Source of the DNA: a virus
Taxonomy: Duplodnaviria; Caudoviricetes
Virus record (IMG/VR): IMGVR_UViG_3300017914_000656
Coordinates: 1 to 25,049 of that record
DNA: 25,049 nt
Reading direction: 5' to 3' (one strand)
Under the pieces are notes generated by a model. That model did not search any database, was not told the origin of the DNA, and saw only the letters and a list, made by a program, of their open reading frames with translations. Of the stretch, positions 8,450 to 17,628 are shown piece by piece (positions within the stretch are counted from its first letter, which is position 1; each line of letters opens with the position of its first letter). The position numbers were made by a program, and so were the translations under genes.

Positions 8450-8856
8450 TGGCAACGCATTTCAACGACATACAGGCCGCTTTAGACGCAAGGTTAAATT
8501 CTTTGACTGGCGGATATGAGGTTGCTTGGCCCAACACTGTGTTTGAGCCAGAGGCAGATCAGACGTTCTTGAGTCCTTCTTTTCTTCCGGCTGACAGCGT
8601 TCAAGCAAGCCTTGGCTCGAATGGCAAAGATGAGACAAATGGGATTTATCAAATTGACGTTGTGTACCCAGCAGGGACAGGGCGCTCAACAATACCAGAT
8701 TCGGTAGCCGACCATTTTAAGAGAGGGACGGTTTTATCGTATAATGGGGTTAATGTTAGGATTCGGTCGGTTTCGATTAGTCCTGCTTTAACCGAAGGCG
8801 CATTTCATTTTGTGCCTATTTCGGTTGACTTTCAAACCTATACTAACGCGAGGTAA
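8449..8856 (+). CDS. Tail terminator protein
   Basis: VAWPN..F.P, GIYQIDV.YPAG.G and HFKRG motifs; directly before the tail tube gene. Confidence 0.8.
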   Translation: MATHFNDIQAALDARLNSLTGGYEVAWPNTVFEPEADQTFLSPSFLPADSVQASLGSNGKDETNGIYQIDVVYPAGTGRSTIPDSVADHFKRGTVLSYNGVNVRIRSVSISPALTEGAFHFVPISVDFQTYTNAR

Positions 8857-8862
8857 GGCAAA

Positions 8863-9780
8863 ATGACTATCGCAAACGGCGCACAACACTCACTGCATTA
8901 CATCGCAGAGAGTACCTATGGGACAACACCATCCACTCCGACTTGGACTCCGCTTCCTCACAACGCTACTTCTTTGGCGTTGACGAAAGATGCCATCGAA
9001 TCAGAGAAATTGCGTGGTGATCGTCAGGTCGAGGATTTCCGTCATGGAAATAAGCAGATCGGTGGAGATATTACGTCTGAACTAGAATATGGCGCGATGG
9101 ATGACATCATTGAAGCTGTCATGTGCGGCACATGGACTACAAATGTTTTAAAGTCCGGTTCAACACGGCGTTCGTTTACGCTGGAGAGAAAGTTTGCCGA
9201 TCTGGATACGCCGGAGTTCCATCGGTACACAGGTTGCGAATTCAACACTATGTCGATGTCTATCAGCCCCAACGCGCTAGTTACGACAACATTTGGGGTT
9301 ATTGGCAAAGACCTATCATTAGCTACAGCAGAGGTAGCATCATCAACGTACTCTGCTGACGTAGGGAACTCTCCGTTTGATTCATTTACTGGATCGATCA
9401 CAGAGGGTGGCTCATCAATTGCGACAGTGACTAGCCTCGAGTTTTCCGTTGAGAACGGACTCGAGGCACTTTTTTCTGTTGGATCAGCCACGACAAACCG
9501 CCCATCAATCGGCAAGTCTCGAGTGAGCGGTACGTTGACTACTTACTTTGATAGCAAGACTTTGTATGAGAAGTTCCTCAATGAAACTGCGTCAGAGATT
9601 GTCTGTACATTGACTGATGCTGATGGCAATGATTTACAGATCGACATTCCGAATGTTAAATACAATTCAGGACAACCAGATGTTTCTGGAGAGGGGGCGG
9701 TAACGGTAACAATGGACTTTGTTGCTCTGTATAACACATCAGATGCTTCTCAGTTGGTGTTTACTCGAACTGCCGGATAA
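8863..9780 (+). CDS. Major tail tube protein
   Basis: 305 aa; ESTYGTTP, ESEKLRGDR, SFTLER and VSGTLTTYF; precedes chaperones and tape measure. Confidence 0.9.
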   Translation: MTIANGAQHSLHYIAESTYGTTPSTPTWTPLPHNATSLALTKDAIESEKLRGDRQVEDFRHGNKQIGGDITSELEYGAMDDIIEAVMCGTWTTNVLKSGSTRRSFTLERKFADLDTPEFHRYTGCEFNTMSMSISPNALVTTTFGVIGKDLSLATAEVASSTYSADVGNSPFDSFTGSITEGGSSIATVTSLEFSVENGLEALFSVGSATTNRPSIGKSRVSGTLTTYFDSKTLYEKFLNETASEIVCTLTDADGNDLQIDIPNVKYNSGQPDVSGEGAVTVTMDFVALYNTSDASQLVFTRTAG

Positions 9781-9788
9781 AAAAATAT

Positions 9789-9809
9789 ATAAAACCTAGG
9801 GGGTTTTAT
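9789..9809 (+). promoter_or_regulatory. Hairpin covering the SD and start codon of the tail chaperone gene
   Basis: ATAAAACC (9789-9796) is the reverse complement of GGTTTTAT (9802-9809), around TAGGG. ATG is at 9808. Confidence 0.55.
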
Positions 9810-10179
9810 GGACTTAAATCAACTGGTAACAGTTGAGAGACACGAAGCTGGGGCGGAGTTCCAGCTCGTTGATCCGCTAACAGGAGAGAAGGAAGACGTT
9901 ACATTCCTTGTCAAAGGAATGGACTCAAAGGCTTGGCGGCTTGCTCAGAAGAGGCAACGCCGCGAATTCGAGGCGGAAGATGATGTTGATATCTTCGATC
10001 ACGAATACTTATGGCCGATGATCGCAAGCGTCATTGTTGGATGGGATAAATTGGAAAAGGATGGAGAGCCTTGGGAGTGGTCTGAACAAAATGCTCAGGA
10101 ACTCTGTAAGAACTCGCCAATCGTTGTAAACCAAGTGTTCTCATTCGTTATAGACCGGAGCAATTTTACCGGAGACTGA
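9808..10179 (+). CDS. Tail assembly chaperone (lambda gpG analogue)
   Basis: Acidic 123-aa ORF between tube and tape measure, ending DRSNFTGD. Confidence 0.85.
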   Translation: MDLNQLVTVERHEAGAEFQLVDPLTGEKEDVTFLVKGMDSKAWRLAQKRQRREFEAEDDVDIFDHEYLWPMIASVIVGWDKLEKDGEPWEWSEQNAQELCKNSPIVVNQVFSFVIDRSNFTGD

Positions 10180-10475
10180 TTGATGAGTTTGTGGCGTACG
10201 GGAAATGGTGTTACTACATTAACGGATTTCCCGAAGGCTCAACGATCAGTCGATTGACGACACTAAAGCAAGTTGAGAAGAGTCGCGGAGTTACGCCGCC
10301 TGAGCTACTCAATGCCCCACAGTTGTCATGGCAACTTACGGACTGCTGGAAGGTATATACGTCGCTCAGAGATCACACATATCCTGAGCTAGAGAGTTAC
10401 ATGAGACTCACTGATTGCGTATTAGATTGGTGGGAGATTGAAGCTATCATGGAGCTGGCAAAGCACAAGGTTTAG
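10164..10475 (+). CDS. Tail assembly chaperone extension (gpT analogue), probably reached by -1 frameshift
   Basis: In the -1 frame relative to the upstream ORF; open from 10110 to TAG at 10473-10475. Its own GTG at 10191 has a weak SD. Confidence 0.7.
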   Translation, partial: FYRRLIDEFVAYGKWCYYINGFPEGSTISRLTTLKQVEKSRGVTPPELLNAPQLSWQLTDCWKVYTSLRDHTYPELESYMRLTDCVLDWWEIEAIMELAKHKV

Positions 10476-10477
10476 GT

Positions 10478-12445
10478 ATGGCGACCCAATACGAAAAGTT
10501 AGTTCTCTTAATCGAAGATGTCGGAGTCAAAGAAGCTGGCAAAGCATTTGATGAAGCTCGAAAGAAGATTAAGGGAGCTGGCGACGCGGCAGAGACTGCT
10601 GGCAAGAAAGCCAAAGGTGCTGGCACAGCCTTCAAAGGATTCAGAGGCTCTACTTCAGCCCTAACAAATACCACGGGTCAGTTATCCGTACAGTTGCAGG
10701 ACGTTGGGGTTCAGCTTCAACAAGGAACTGATTACGTTCGAATATTTGCACAGCAGGGGCCGCAAATTGCGTCGATTTTTGGCCCAACTGGTGCTGTCTA
10801 TGGTGCATTGATTGCGTTTAGTGCGTTAATTGCGGGGCCATTCATACAAAACCTTCTCGCGGGCAATAAAGCATTAGACGATGCTCGTAAGTTTATTCAA
10901 GAATACTCAAAGAACTTTGATGAGCTAACAGATGCTCAGAAAGCCGCGAAAATACAGCAAGTAACTCAACAGATAGAGATTCTAAAGTCAGCGCAAAAAG
11001 ATGCATCAGAGGAAGCTGATGCTCTCGGTTACACAATAGGCCGAATGACTAAACAAGTCGAAGATAGCGCAATAGCTCAGAAACTGATTGGCAGTCAGCT
11101 TGAAGATAATAGGGAAGAATACATAGAAACGACTGCGGCTGTAGACACTCTCAATCAAAAAATAAAAGAAAAAGAAGATTTGCTAGACATTCTTACTGGC
11201 GCTGTAGAAGAACAAACTGATGAAACAAAAGCGCAGAAAAAAGCGCTTGATTCTTTGGTTGCATCAATTACGGAAGAGGTAGCAGTTTTAGGTCTTAGTA
11301 ATGCTCAAAGGAAAGTTAGAGAGGTTGCTTTAGCTGGAGGAAATTTAGCGCTACAAGACGCGATACGAACTCAGTACGAATATATTGAATCCTTCTTGGA
11401 AACTAAAAGAGAACAGAAGAAAGCGAAGGAAGCGGCAGAGCAATTTACAGCTAGGGTAACGGAACAAGCAGATAAAATTGGCCTTACTCGGTCTGAAGTT
11501 TTGCGTATGCAAGCCGCACAGCAGGAACTCACCAAAGAGCAAAAACTAGCTGTTGAAGTAGCTATCCAATTATTAGAGAAAGAAGAAAAAAGAGTTAAGG
11601 CTCTGAAACATCAAAAGACAGCTACTGATGAGTTGATTGAGGCTGGGAGGGAGTTCAGAGCATTAGTAGATCAAGAGCAAAAAGATATCGAAGCTCGGGA
11701 GAAGAATCGAAAAAAAGCGGCACAGGATCGAATAGATGATGAAAACGACGCTCTGGCCGATATTGAGAGAGCGCTCGCAGAAGAAGACAGGATGCGAGCT
11801 GAAAGAGCGGAGCGCGAGAAACAATACAATCAGATGATGGCTGATGACGCAATCAGGCTTCAAAACCAAGAAGACAAAGAAAGACTAAGAATAGCAAGTC
11901 AAGCCACTGACGGGTTGCTTGCACTTGAAGATAAGCTCCTAAAAGGTAAAACAGAAAAGCAAAAGCTAGGCTTTAGAACTTTAGTCAATTTCTCAAATGC
12001 CACACGCAGACAAAACGCAATTCAAATTATCTCAGATTCTAAGGTGGCTGGTGCGGCGGCTCAAAAAGCACTCGCTGGGATACCGATTGTTGGCCCAATT
12101 CTAGGTGCGGCGGCAATGGCATCTATTATCGCTGGAGGCTACACGCTTGCGGCTCAGTCATTAGCAGGTAGAGCTTTAGGCGGGCAGGTGCGGCAGGGCG
12201 AGTCATACGTCGTTGGTGAGCGCGGCCCAGAGGTTCTGACAATGGGTTCCGGTAGTGGAAGAATTATTCCTAATGAACAGCTCAGAGGGCAACAGCCAGC
12301 AGTTAGCAAAGTTGCTAACGTCACCTTCAATATTACTGCGAATGACACCGCAGGATTTGATAGACTGATTCAAAGCCGAAGAGGTCAAATTGTCTCGATT
12401 ATCAATCAGGCTTTGAATGAAAGAGGTAGGCCAGCAATCGTATGA
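10478..12445 (+). CDS. Tape measure protein
   Basis: 655 aa, helical, A/E/K/Q-rich; QLQDVGVQLQQG..FAQQGPQI near the N-terminus; RALGGQV...VGERGPE near the C-terminus. At roughly 0.15 nm per residue this implies a tail near 100 nm (inference). Confidence 0.93.
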   Translation: MATQYEKLVLLIEDVGVKEAGKAFDEARKKIKGAGDAAETAGKKAKGAGTAFKGFRGSTSALTNTTGQLSVQLQDVGVQLQQGTDYVRIFAQQGPQIASIFGPTGAVYGALIAFSALIAGPFIQNLLAGNKALDDARKFIQEYSKNFDELTDAQKAAKIQQVTQQIEILKSAQKDASEEADALGYTIGRMTKQVEDSAIAQKLIGSQLEDNREEYIETTAAVDTLNQKIKEKEDLLDILTGAVEEQTDETKAQKKALDSLVASITEEVAVLGLSNAQRKVREVALAGGNLALQDAIRTQYEYIESFLETKREQKKAKEAAEQFTARVTEQADKIGLTRSEVLRMQAAQQELTKEQKLAVEVAIQLLEKEEKRVKALKHQKTATDELIEAGREFRALVDQEQKDIEAREKNRKKAAQDRIDDENDALADIERALAEEDRMRAERAEREKQYNQMMADDAIRLQNQEDKERLRIASQATDGLLALEDKLLKGKTEKQKLGFRTLVNFSNATRRQNAIQIISDSKVAGAAAQKALAGIPIVGPILGAAAMASIIAGGYTLAAQSLAGRALGGQVRQGESYVVGERGPEVLTMGSGSGRIIPNEQLRGQQPAVSKVANVTFNITANDTAGFDRLIQSRRGQIVSIINQALNERGRPAIV

Positions 12446-13020
12446 GTGGTACATATCCTACAGACCCTGAGTTTCAGGCGATCAATGTCAGCAGTAAGCA
12501 CCGCAATGCTTTCAGTGAGTCAATTAGCGGCAGAGTTCAAGCTAGGGCTATTGGCGGCCAGCAGTTCACATTTACTGCGAAGTACAACCCGATGACTCGC
12601 GCTGAAATGATGCCTGTATTTGCTTTTGTTATGTCTCAACAGGGCCGCATTGGAACATTCAGCATCACGCCTCCGGTCATTAGCGATACAAGCGGTACGG
12701 CAACTGGAAGTATGTTAGTCAATGGGGCGCATACTGCTGGAGATAGCACTATTGCAGTAGATGGATTTACTGGAACGATTAAGGCTGGAGATTTCATCAA
12801 GTTTGCAAATCATGACAAAGTTTACATGGTTACTGCTGATCTATCTGGCGCAGGAACAATGTCGATTGAGCCAGCGATAACATCAGATTTGTCTGATAAC
12901 GAGGCAGTTACTTACAATAGTGTGCCGTTCAAGATGCGCCTTGGTAACGATGTGCAGGAATATAATCTGGCATCGAATGAGTATTTTGAGTACGAAATAG
13001 ATATGATCGAGGCTCTCTAA
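12442..13020 (+). CDS. Distal tail protein with inserted beta domain
   Basis: First gene after tape measure, 192 aa; SGRVQ.R..GGQ and terminal IEAL. Confidence 0.75.
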   Translation: MSGTYPTDPEFQAINVSSKHRNAFSESISGRVQARAIGGQQFTFTAKYNPMTRAEMMPVFAFVMSQQGRIGTFSITPPVISDTSGTATGSMLVNGAHTAGDSTIAVDGFTGTIKAGDFIKFANHDKVYMVTADLSGAGTMSIEPAITSDLSDNEAVTYNSVPFKMRLGNDVQEYNLASNEYFEYEIDMIEAL

Positions 13021-13577
13021 TGGCCCGTACGATTGATTCAGCGACTCTCACAGCATTACAAAGCGATGGATTTCGCATCTGCAATCTCATTGATATTGAT
13101 CTCGGCACACAGCTTTATCTGACTGATAGCCCGTTCGATGTCACCTATAGCTCTCAAACTTATTCAGCAGAGCCGTACGTCTCCGGAGTCAGTTCTTCTC
13201 GTGAGTCCACTGATTTAAGAGTTGGAACGATAACACTGAATTTCTCGACTGTGAGTTCAACACTGCGCGGTTATTTGTTTTCGAACGATATCGTAAACAG
13301 GCCAGTTCAAATATATAAAGCAGTGCTTTCAGATGCGACAGGGGCAATTGTCGGCAATCCGATTCCTACATTTAAAGGATATATTAACTCTTTCACAGTC
13401 AACGATTCTGGCGACAGGAGTACGGCGAGCATCAATGTATCATCTCACTGGGCAGACTTTGAAAAAAAGAATGGCCGAATGACAAATGACAACTCTCAGC
13501 AGTATGTATTCTCTGGTGACCTTGGGATGGAATATGCCGCCAACACCGTTAAAAACTTAGAATGGGGCGGTAAATAA
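13020..13577 (+). CDS. Tail tip hub protein (DUF2163-like)
   Basis: LYLTD, SHWADFEK, T.D.SQQ..F.GD.G.EY and terminal WG motifs; gene order. Confidence 0.75.
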   Translation: MARTIDSATLTALQSDGFRICNLIDIDLGTQLYLTDSPFDVTYSSQTYSAEPYVSGVSSSRESTDLRVGTITLNFSTVSSTLRGYLFSNDIVNRPVQIYKAVLSDATGAIVGNPIPTFKGYINSFTVNDSGDRSTASINVSSHWADFEKKNGRMTNDNSQQYVFSGDLGMEYAANTVKNLEWGGK

Positions 13578-16267
13578 TGTCGCTTTTCGGTGAAATTCAA
13601 GAGTTCTTCAACGACCCTATAGGTTACACCAGCGAGGCTGTCGACACGATTGGAAGTAATGTCACCAGAATTATAGGCGAAGGTGTCGCTTGGCTCACTG
13701 GTCTTGATGATCTTCCAGACCCGAACGCAGAGAGAAACGTCCTCTTAAACAAAGAATCAAATGTCGCGCCAATACCTGTTGTTTATGGCAGAAGAAAAAT
13801 AGGCGGCACAAGAGTAGCTGTTGGACTGTCGAGCGATAAAAAGGATTTATACATTGTTTTGGCGATGTGCGAAGGAGAAATTCAGGAAATTGAGTCTATC
13901 TACATCAACGACATCATTAGCACAGACTCAAGGTTCTCCGGAAAGGTAACGATAAACCAATATCTCGGGACTGACTCACAAACAGCCGACTCAATGTTGA
14001 CCACAGCTTTTCCGACGTTGTGGACTTCAAATCATAGACTGCGCGGAATCGCTTATTTAGCGTGTAAGTTTACCTATGACCCCGAAGTTTTCAGGTCAGT
14101 TCCTGAGATCACAGCAATTGTTAAGGGTCGTAAAGTTTATGATCCTAGAGACACAACTACGGCCTACAGCGATAACCCAGCATTATGCTTGTTGGATTAT
14201 TTAACGAACTCTCGTTACGGCAAGGGGTTAGCTTTATCAGACATCGATACGACAGCGTTTGGGAGTGCCGCGACTGATTGCGAGGATTTAGTTACAAAGT
14301 ACACTGGCGCACCAGCAGATACAGAGATATTCACTTGTAACGCAGTCTTACCTACTGACAAGACAATCTTTGATAATGTCAAAGTTTTGCTTTCTGGCAT
14401 GAGAGGGTTACTCCCATACCAAAATGGCAAATATGGACTGAGGATCGAGCAAGACGAAGCGTCTGTAATGTCTTTTGATACAGACAATATGGTCGGCGGC
14501 GTATCAATTCAGTTTCTCGGCAAACAAAGAAGATATAATAAAGTCACAGCTCGTTTCGTGAATCCAGACGCAAACTGGCAAGCAGATACGGTTGTTTGGC
14601 CTCCTGCTGGATCGACAGAAGAAAGCACTTTTGCAACAGAAGATGATGGCTTTGAGTTATCTACTGAAATCAATCTTCCAACTTGCACTGACTTCTATGC
14701 GGCAAGGGATTTGGCAAGACTTGTTTGTCTCGCCTCGAGAAACAACAATTATGCAGTTTCATTTTCAGCAACGTCGGATGCGTTGAAAGTTGAGGCCGGA
14801 GATATCATTGATATCACTTATGACACGCCAAATTGGTCTAGTCAGAAGTTCAGGGTCAACGAGATTCAGGTTAACGCTGATGGTACGATAGGAATTTCAG
14901 CTCAGAAGCATGACGCGACTATTTATCCTTGGGATACATCAACTGAGTTCACTGATCTAGGGGATTTTGGAGAGATCACTCAATACTCCACTGTTGATGC
15001 GCCAACAAACTTGTCAGCGTCTAGTTCAATTGTTACGCAAGAATCTGGCGAACAGTTCATTAAGGTTGTTTTGTCTTGGACTGCCAGCAGTCAATACAAT
15101 TTGCTCAACTACGAGGTGCAATGGAAGAAGTCGTCGGATACCTCATATCAATCTGCGTTTACGACAGATACCTCACTTGAAGGCGGTGGCATTGAGGCAA
15201 ACACTTCATACAACGTCAGGGTCAAAGCTATTACGACCGATGGCGGAGAGTCGTCCTATCTGACAGGAACATTCAGTTCTGCAACTGGCATGACAACCAG
15301 CTTGAGAGAAGGTGATGCCGCCTCTGATGTCAATTCAAACAGCACAACGGTCAACGGAACAAAGATCACAGCGAACACAATATCTGCTGATCGCATTCAG
15401 TCCAACACAACAAAGACAGCTAATAATACTGAGTTTGGCTTAGGAACTGGCACTACGTTTGAAGGCATTCAGTCTGGAGGTCAGTTCATCGCCGACTCAT
15501 CTAGTAAGTTCGGCCTTGTTGTGGCAAACGAAAACACATCTGGTCATGCGTTAGCTGTCGGCACTAGGAGTACCACGGCAGATAAATGGGCGATCCTCGC
15601 GGGTAGTGGGGCTAATTCATCTTTTACCACATTCTCTCATGCTGTCGGTATTTGCGACGGCGCGATGGCTGGCAACTTTATTGATGTTGGTAGCTCAGAA
15701 ATTGAGTTGGCAGTAGGCGGTTATGCTTACTATATCCAATCAGGCTCTGGAGGGCCATTTACAGGAGCGCACGATGGCCTGTTCTTGAAAACAAGTGTCA
15801 AGCCTAGCGCTGGCGATATTCTTGTAGATCAATCGGTCGTAGGGCGCAACGGAGTATCTGACACGATTACAGAAGTTGCTACATCAACTAGCACAAATCA
15901 AAAAAATGTCATTGGCGTTTACGCTGGCCAATCTGCATCAAATCATAGCCCAACAGCCTTAACTGAAAACGTAGCGTCTCAAGGCGAGCGCCCAGATAGA
16001 CAGCTTAAATCAGAACACTCAAATGTTTTCGATACTTATGACGCGGTCATCGTAAATTCACTTGGCGAAGGTCAAATCAATGTATGCAACGAAGGCGGGA
16101 ATATCGAAGCAGGTGACTTGATCGTCACTAGCTCAATGACTGGTAAAGGCATGAAGCAGTCAGATGATATTATTAGGAATTATACGGTCGCAAAGGCTCG
16201 TGAAGCAGTGACATTCAGCTCTGCTAGCGATGTTCAGCAAATTGCCTGTATTTACCTTTGCGGATGA
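13577..16267 (+). CDS. Tail tip / central fibre protein (gpJ-like) with Fn3 domain and C-terminal chaperone-like domain
   Basis: PIPVVYG, CEGEI, HRLRGIAY, VKGRKVYDPR and NPALCLLDYL; Fn3 pattern APTNLS..LSW..YEVQW..YNVRVKA; C-terminal FTGAHD...GEGQINV...GDLIVTS. Confidence 0.88.
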   Translation: MSLFGEIQEFFNDPIGYTSEAVDTIGSNVTRIIGEGVAWLTGLDDLPDPNAERNVLLNKESNVAPIPVVYGRRKIGGTRVAVGLSSDKKDLYIVLAMCEGEIQEIESIYINDIISTDSRFSGKVTINQYLGTDSQTADSMLTTAFPTLWTSNHRLRGIAYLACKFTYDPEVFRSVPEITAIVKGRKVYDPRDTTTAYSDNPALCLLDYLTNSRYGKGLALSDIDTTAFGSAATDCEDLVTKYTGAPADTEIFTCNAVLPTDKTIFDNVKVLLSGMRGLLPYQNGKYGLRIEQDEASVMSFDTDNMVGGVSIQFLGKQRRYNKVTARFVNPDANWQADTVVWPPAGSTEESTFATEDDGFELSTEINLPTCTDFYAARDLARLVCLASRNNNYAVSFSATSDALKVEAGDIIDITYDTPNWSSQKFRVNEIQVNADGTIGISAQKHDATIYPWDTSTEFTDLGDFGEITQYSTVDAPTNLSASSSIVTQESGEQFIKVVLSWTASSQYNLLNYEVQWKKSSDTSYQSAFTTDTSLEGGGIEANTSYNVRVKAITTDGGESSYLTGTFSSATGMTTSLREGDAASDVNSNSTTVNGTKITANTISADRIQSNTTKTANNTEFGLGTGTTFEGIQSGGQFIADSSSKFGLVVANENTSGHALAVGTRSTTADKWAILAGSGANSSFTTFSHAVGICDGAMAGNFIDVGSSEIELAVGGYAYYIQSGSGGPFTGAHDGLFLKTSVKPSAGDILVDQSVVGRNGVSDTITEVATSTSTNQKNVIGVYAGQSASNHSPTALTENVASQGERPDRQLKSEHSNVFDTYDAVIVNSLGEGQINVCNEGGNIEAGDLIVTSSMTGKGMKQSDDIIRNYTVAKAREAVTFSSASDVQQIACIYLCG

Positions 16268-16273
16268 TATAAT
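16265..16273 (+). promoter_or_regulatory. Extended -10 promoter candidate TGATATAAT
   Basis: Perfect TGnTATAAT built on the tip gene stop codon, 40 nt before the next ATG. Confidence 0.55.
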
Positions 16274-16312
16274 GTTAAAATGTAAGCAGGACTGACCTAG
16301 GAGAGCTTTAAC

Positions 16313-16735
16313 ATGGCATCACTTGTTTATAATAGCTGTATTCGTGACACTGTTACGGGACAGATCGACTTTGATACTGATACTTTTTACATGATGCTGG
16401 TAACCTCATCATACACCCCAGATCAAGATACCCATTTGGATCGCGCTGACGTAACTAACGAAGTTACAGGTACGAACTACACTTCTGCTGGTCAGGCTGT
16501 GACTGTGACTGTTGGTTCTGTTGATACAGCCAATGATCGCGTGGACATTAGCTTTGCTGATGTTACATGGTCAAGCTCAACAATTACTGCGGCGGCGGCT
16601 GTTGTATACAAGTACACAGGAACTGCGGCAGATGATTTGCTGGTTGCGTATTTGGACTTTGGCGGAGACGTATCGTCTACATCTGGTGACTTTACTGTAA
16701 GTACAACGACACCACTACGTTTCGCAAACTCCTAA
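16313..16735 (+). CDS. Small acidic beta-rich virion protein (candidate fibre/filament subunit)
   Basis: SD AGGAG. IDFDTDTF..MLV..SYTP..NEV.GT.YT..G and LVAYLDFGGD.SST.GDFT resemble a widespread minor virion family. Confidence 0.65.
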   Translation: MASLVYNSCIRDTVTGQIDFDTDTFYMMLVTSSYTPDQDTHLDRADVTNEVTGTNYTSAGQAVTVTVGSVDTANDRVDISFADVTWSSSTITAAAAVVYKYTGTAADDLLVAYLDFGGDVSSTSGDFTVSTTTPLRFANS

Positions 16736-16752
16736 GTTAAAAAGGTGACAGC

Positions 16753-17628
16753 ATGGCTTCTATCACGACGAGGGCTGGCAAAGGGTCGGCTCTTACTCAT
16801 ACAGAGTTAGACGATAACTTTACCAATCTCAATACTGAGCTTGGTCAAAAACTCGTCGCATCTTCAAACCTATCGGATGTAGGTAGTGCTGACACCGCAT
16901 TAAATAATCTAGCTGGTAACGGTGACGTAGACTTTGGGTCATACAAAATTTTGTATTCCAATGTGTACTCTTCGGAAGGTGATTTGCCTTCAGCATCAAC
17001 GTATCACGGTATGTTTGCTCATGTTCATGGAACTGGCGCGGGCTATTTTGCTCACGGCGGGAACTGGATAAAACTGGTTAACTACGACACATCTGGCAAC
17101 GTCACGATCTCTGACGACTTAACAGTTTCTGGCGACTTAACAGTTTCTGGAACGACTACCACAGTAAACTCAACGACACTCGATGTCGCAGATTTGAATA
17201 TCACGATTGCAGATGGCGCGGCAAATGCGGCGGCGGCAGACGGTGCTGGTATTACTGTTGACGGGGCAAGCGCAACAATTATCTATGACTCGACAAATGA
17301 CGAGTGGCAGTTCAATAAGCCCATTCAGGGAACTTACCAAGACCTTCATCCAGAAGTCAGCACGATCACTACTGCGATTGATATGAACAAGCCGTTCATG
17401 ACGGTCACTCTATCTGCGGCTACGACGTTCACTGCTACAAATCTAGCAGAAGGCAGTGTATCAATCCTGAAGTTCAAACCCGCGAGCTACACACCAACAT
17501 GGCCTTCATCAATCAACTGGGCAGATGCTACTGAGCCAACATGGGGCGACTACAATACTTGGGTGATCTCTTTGGTATGCGACTCAGGCACTGACATCTT
17601 AGCTTCAGCAACAGGACACACAGTGTAA
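16753..17628 (+). CDS. Short fibre protein with N-terminal TRxGKG anchor and C-terminal adaptor domain
   Basis: MASITTRAGKGSALTHTELDDNFTNL; His-rich knuckle LPSASTYHGMFAHVH; DLTVSG beta repeats; C-terminal TWPSSINW..EPTW. Confidence 0.75.
   Translation: MASITTRAGKGSALTHTELDDNFTNLNTELGQKLVASSNLSDVGSADTALNNLAGNGDVDFGSYKILYSNVYSSEGDLPSASTYHGMFAHVHGTGAGYFAHGGNWIKLVNYDTSGNVTISDDLTVSGDLTVSGTTTTVNSTTLDVADLNITIADGAANAAAADGAGITVDGASATIIYDSTNDEWQFNKPIQGTYQDLHPEVSTITTAIDMNKPFMTVTLSAATTFTATNLAEGSVSILKFKPASYTPTWPSSINWADATEPTWGDYNTWVISLVCDSGTDILASATGHTV
17115..17150. repeat. Perfect 18-bp tandem duplication CGACTTAACAGTTTCTGG (DLTVSG x2)
   Basis: 17115-17132 is identical to 17133-17150. Confidence 0.95.

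Noticed and set aside
16588-16600. Recurrent GCGGCGGC runs as a Chi-like or binding motif
   Set aside because: The copies checked are in-frame Ala runs, explained by GCWGC avoidance.
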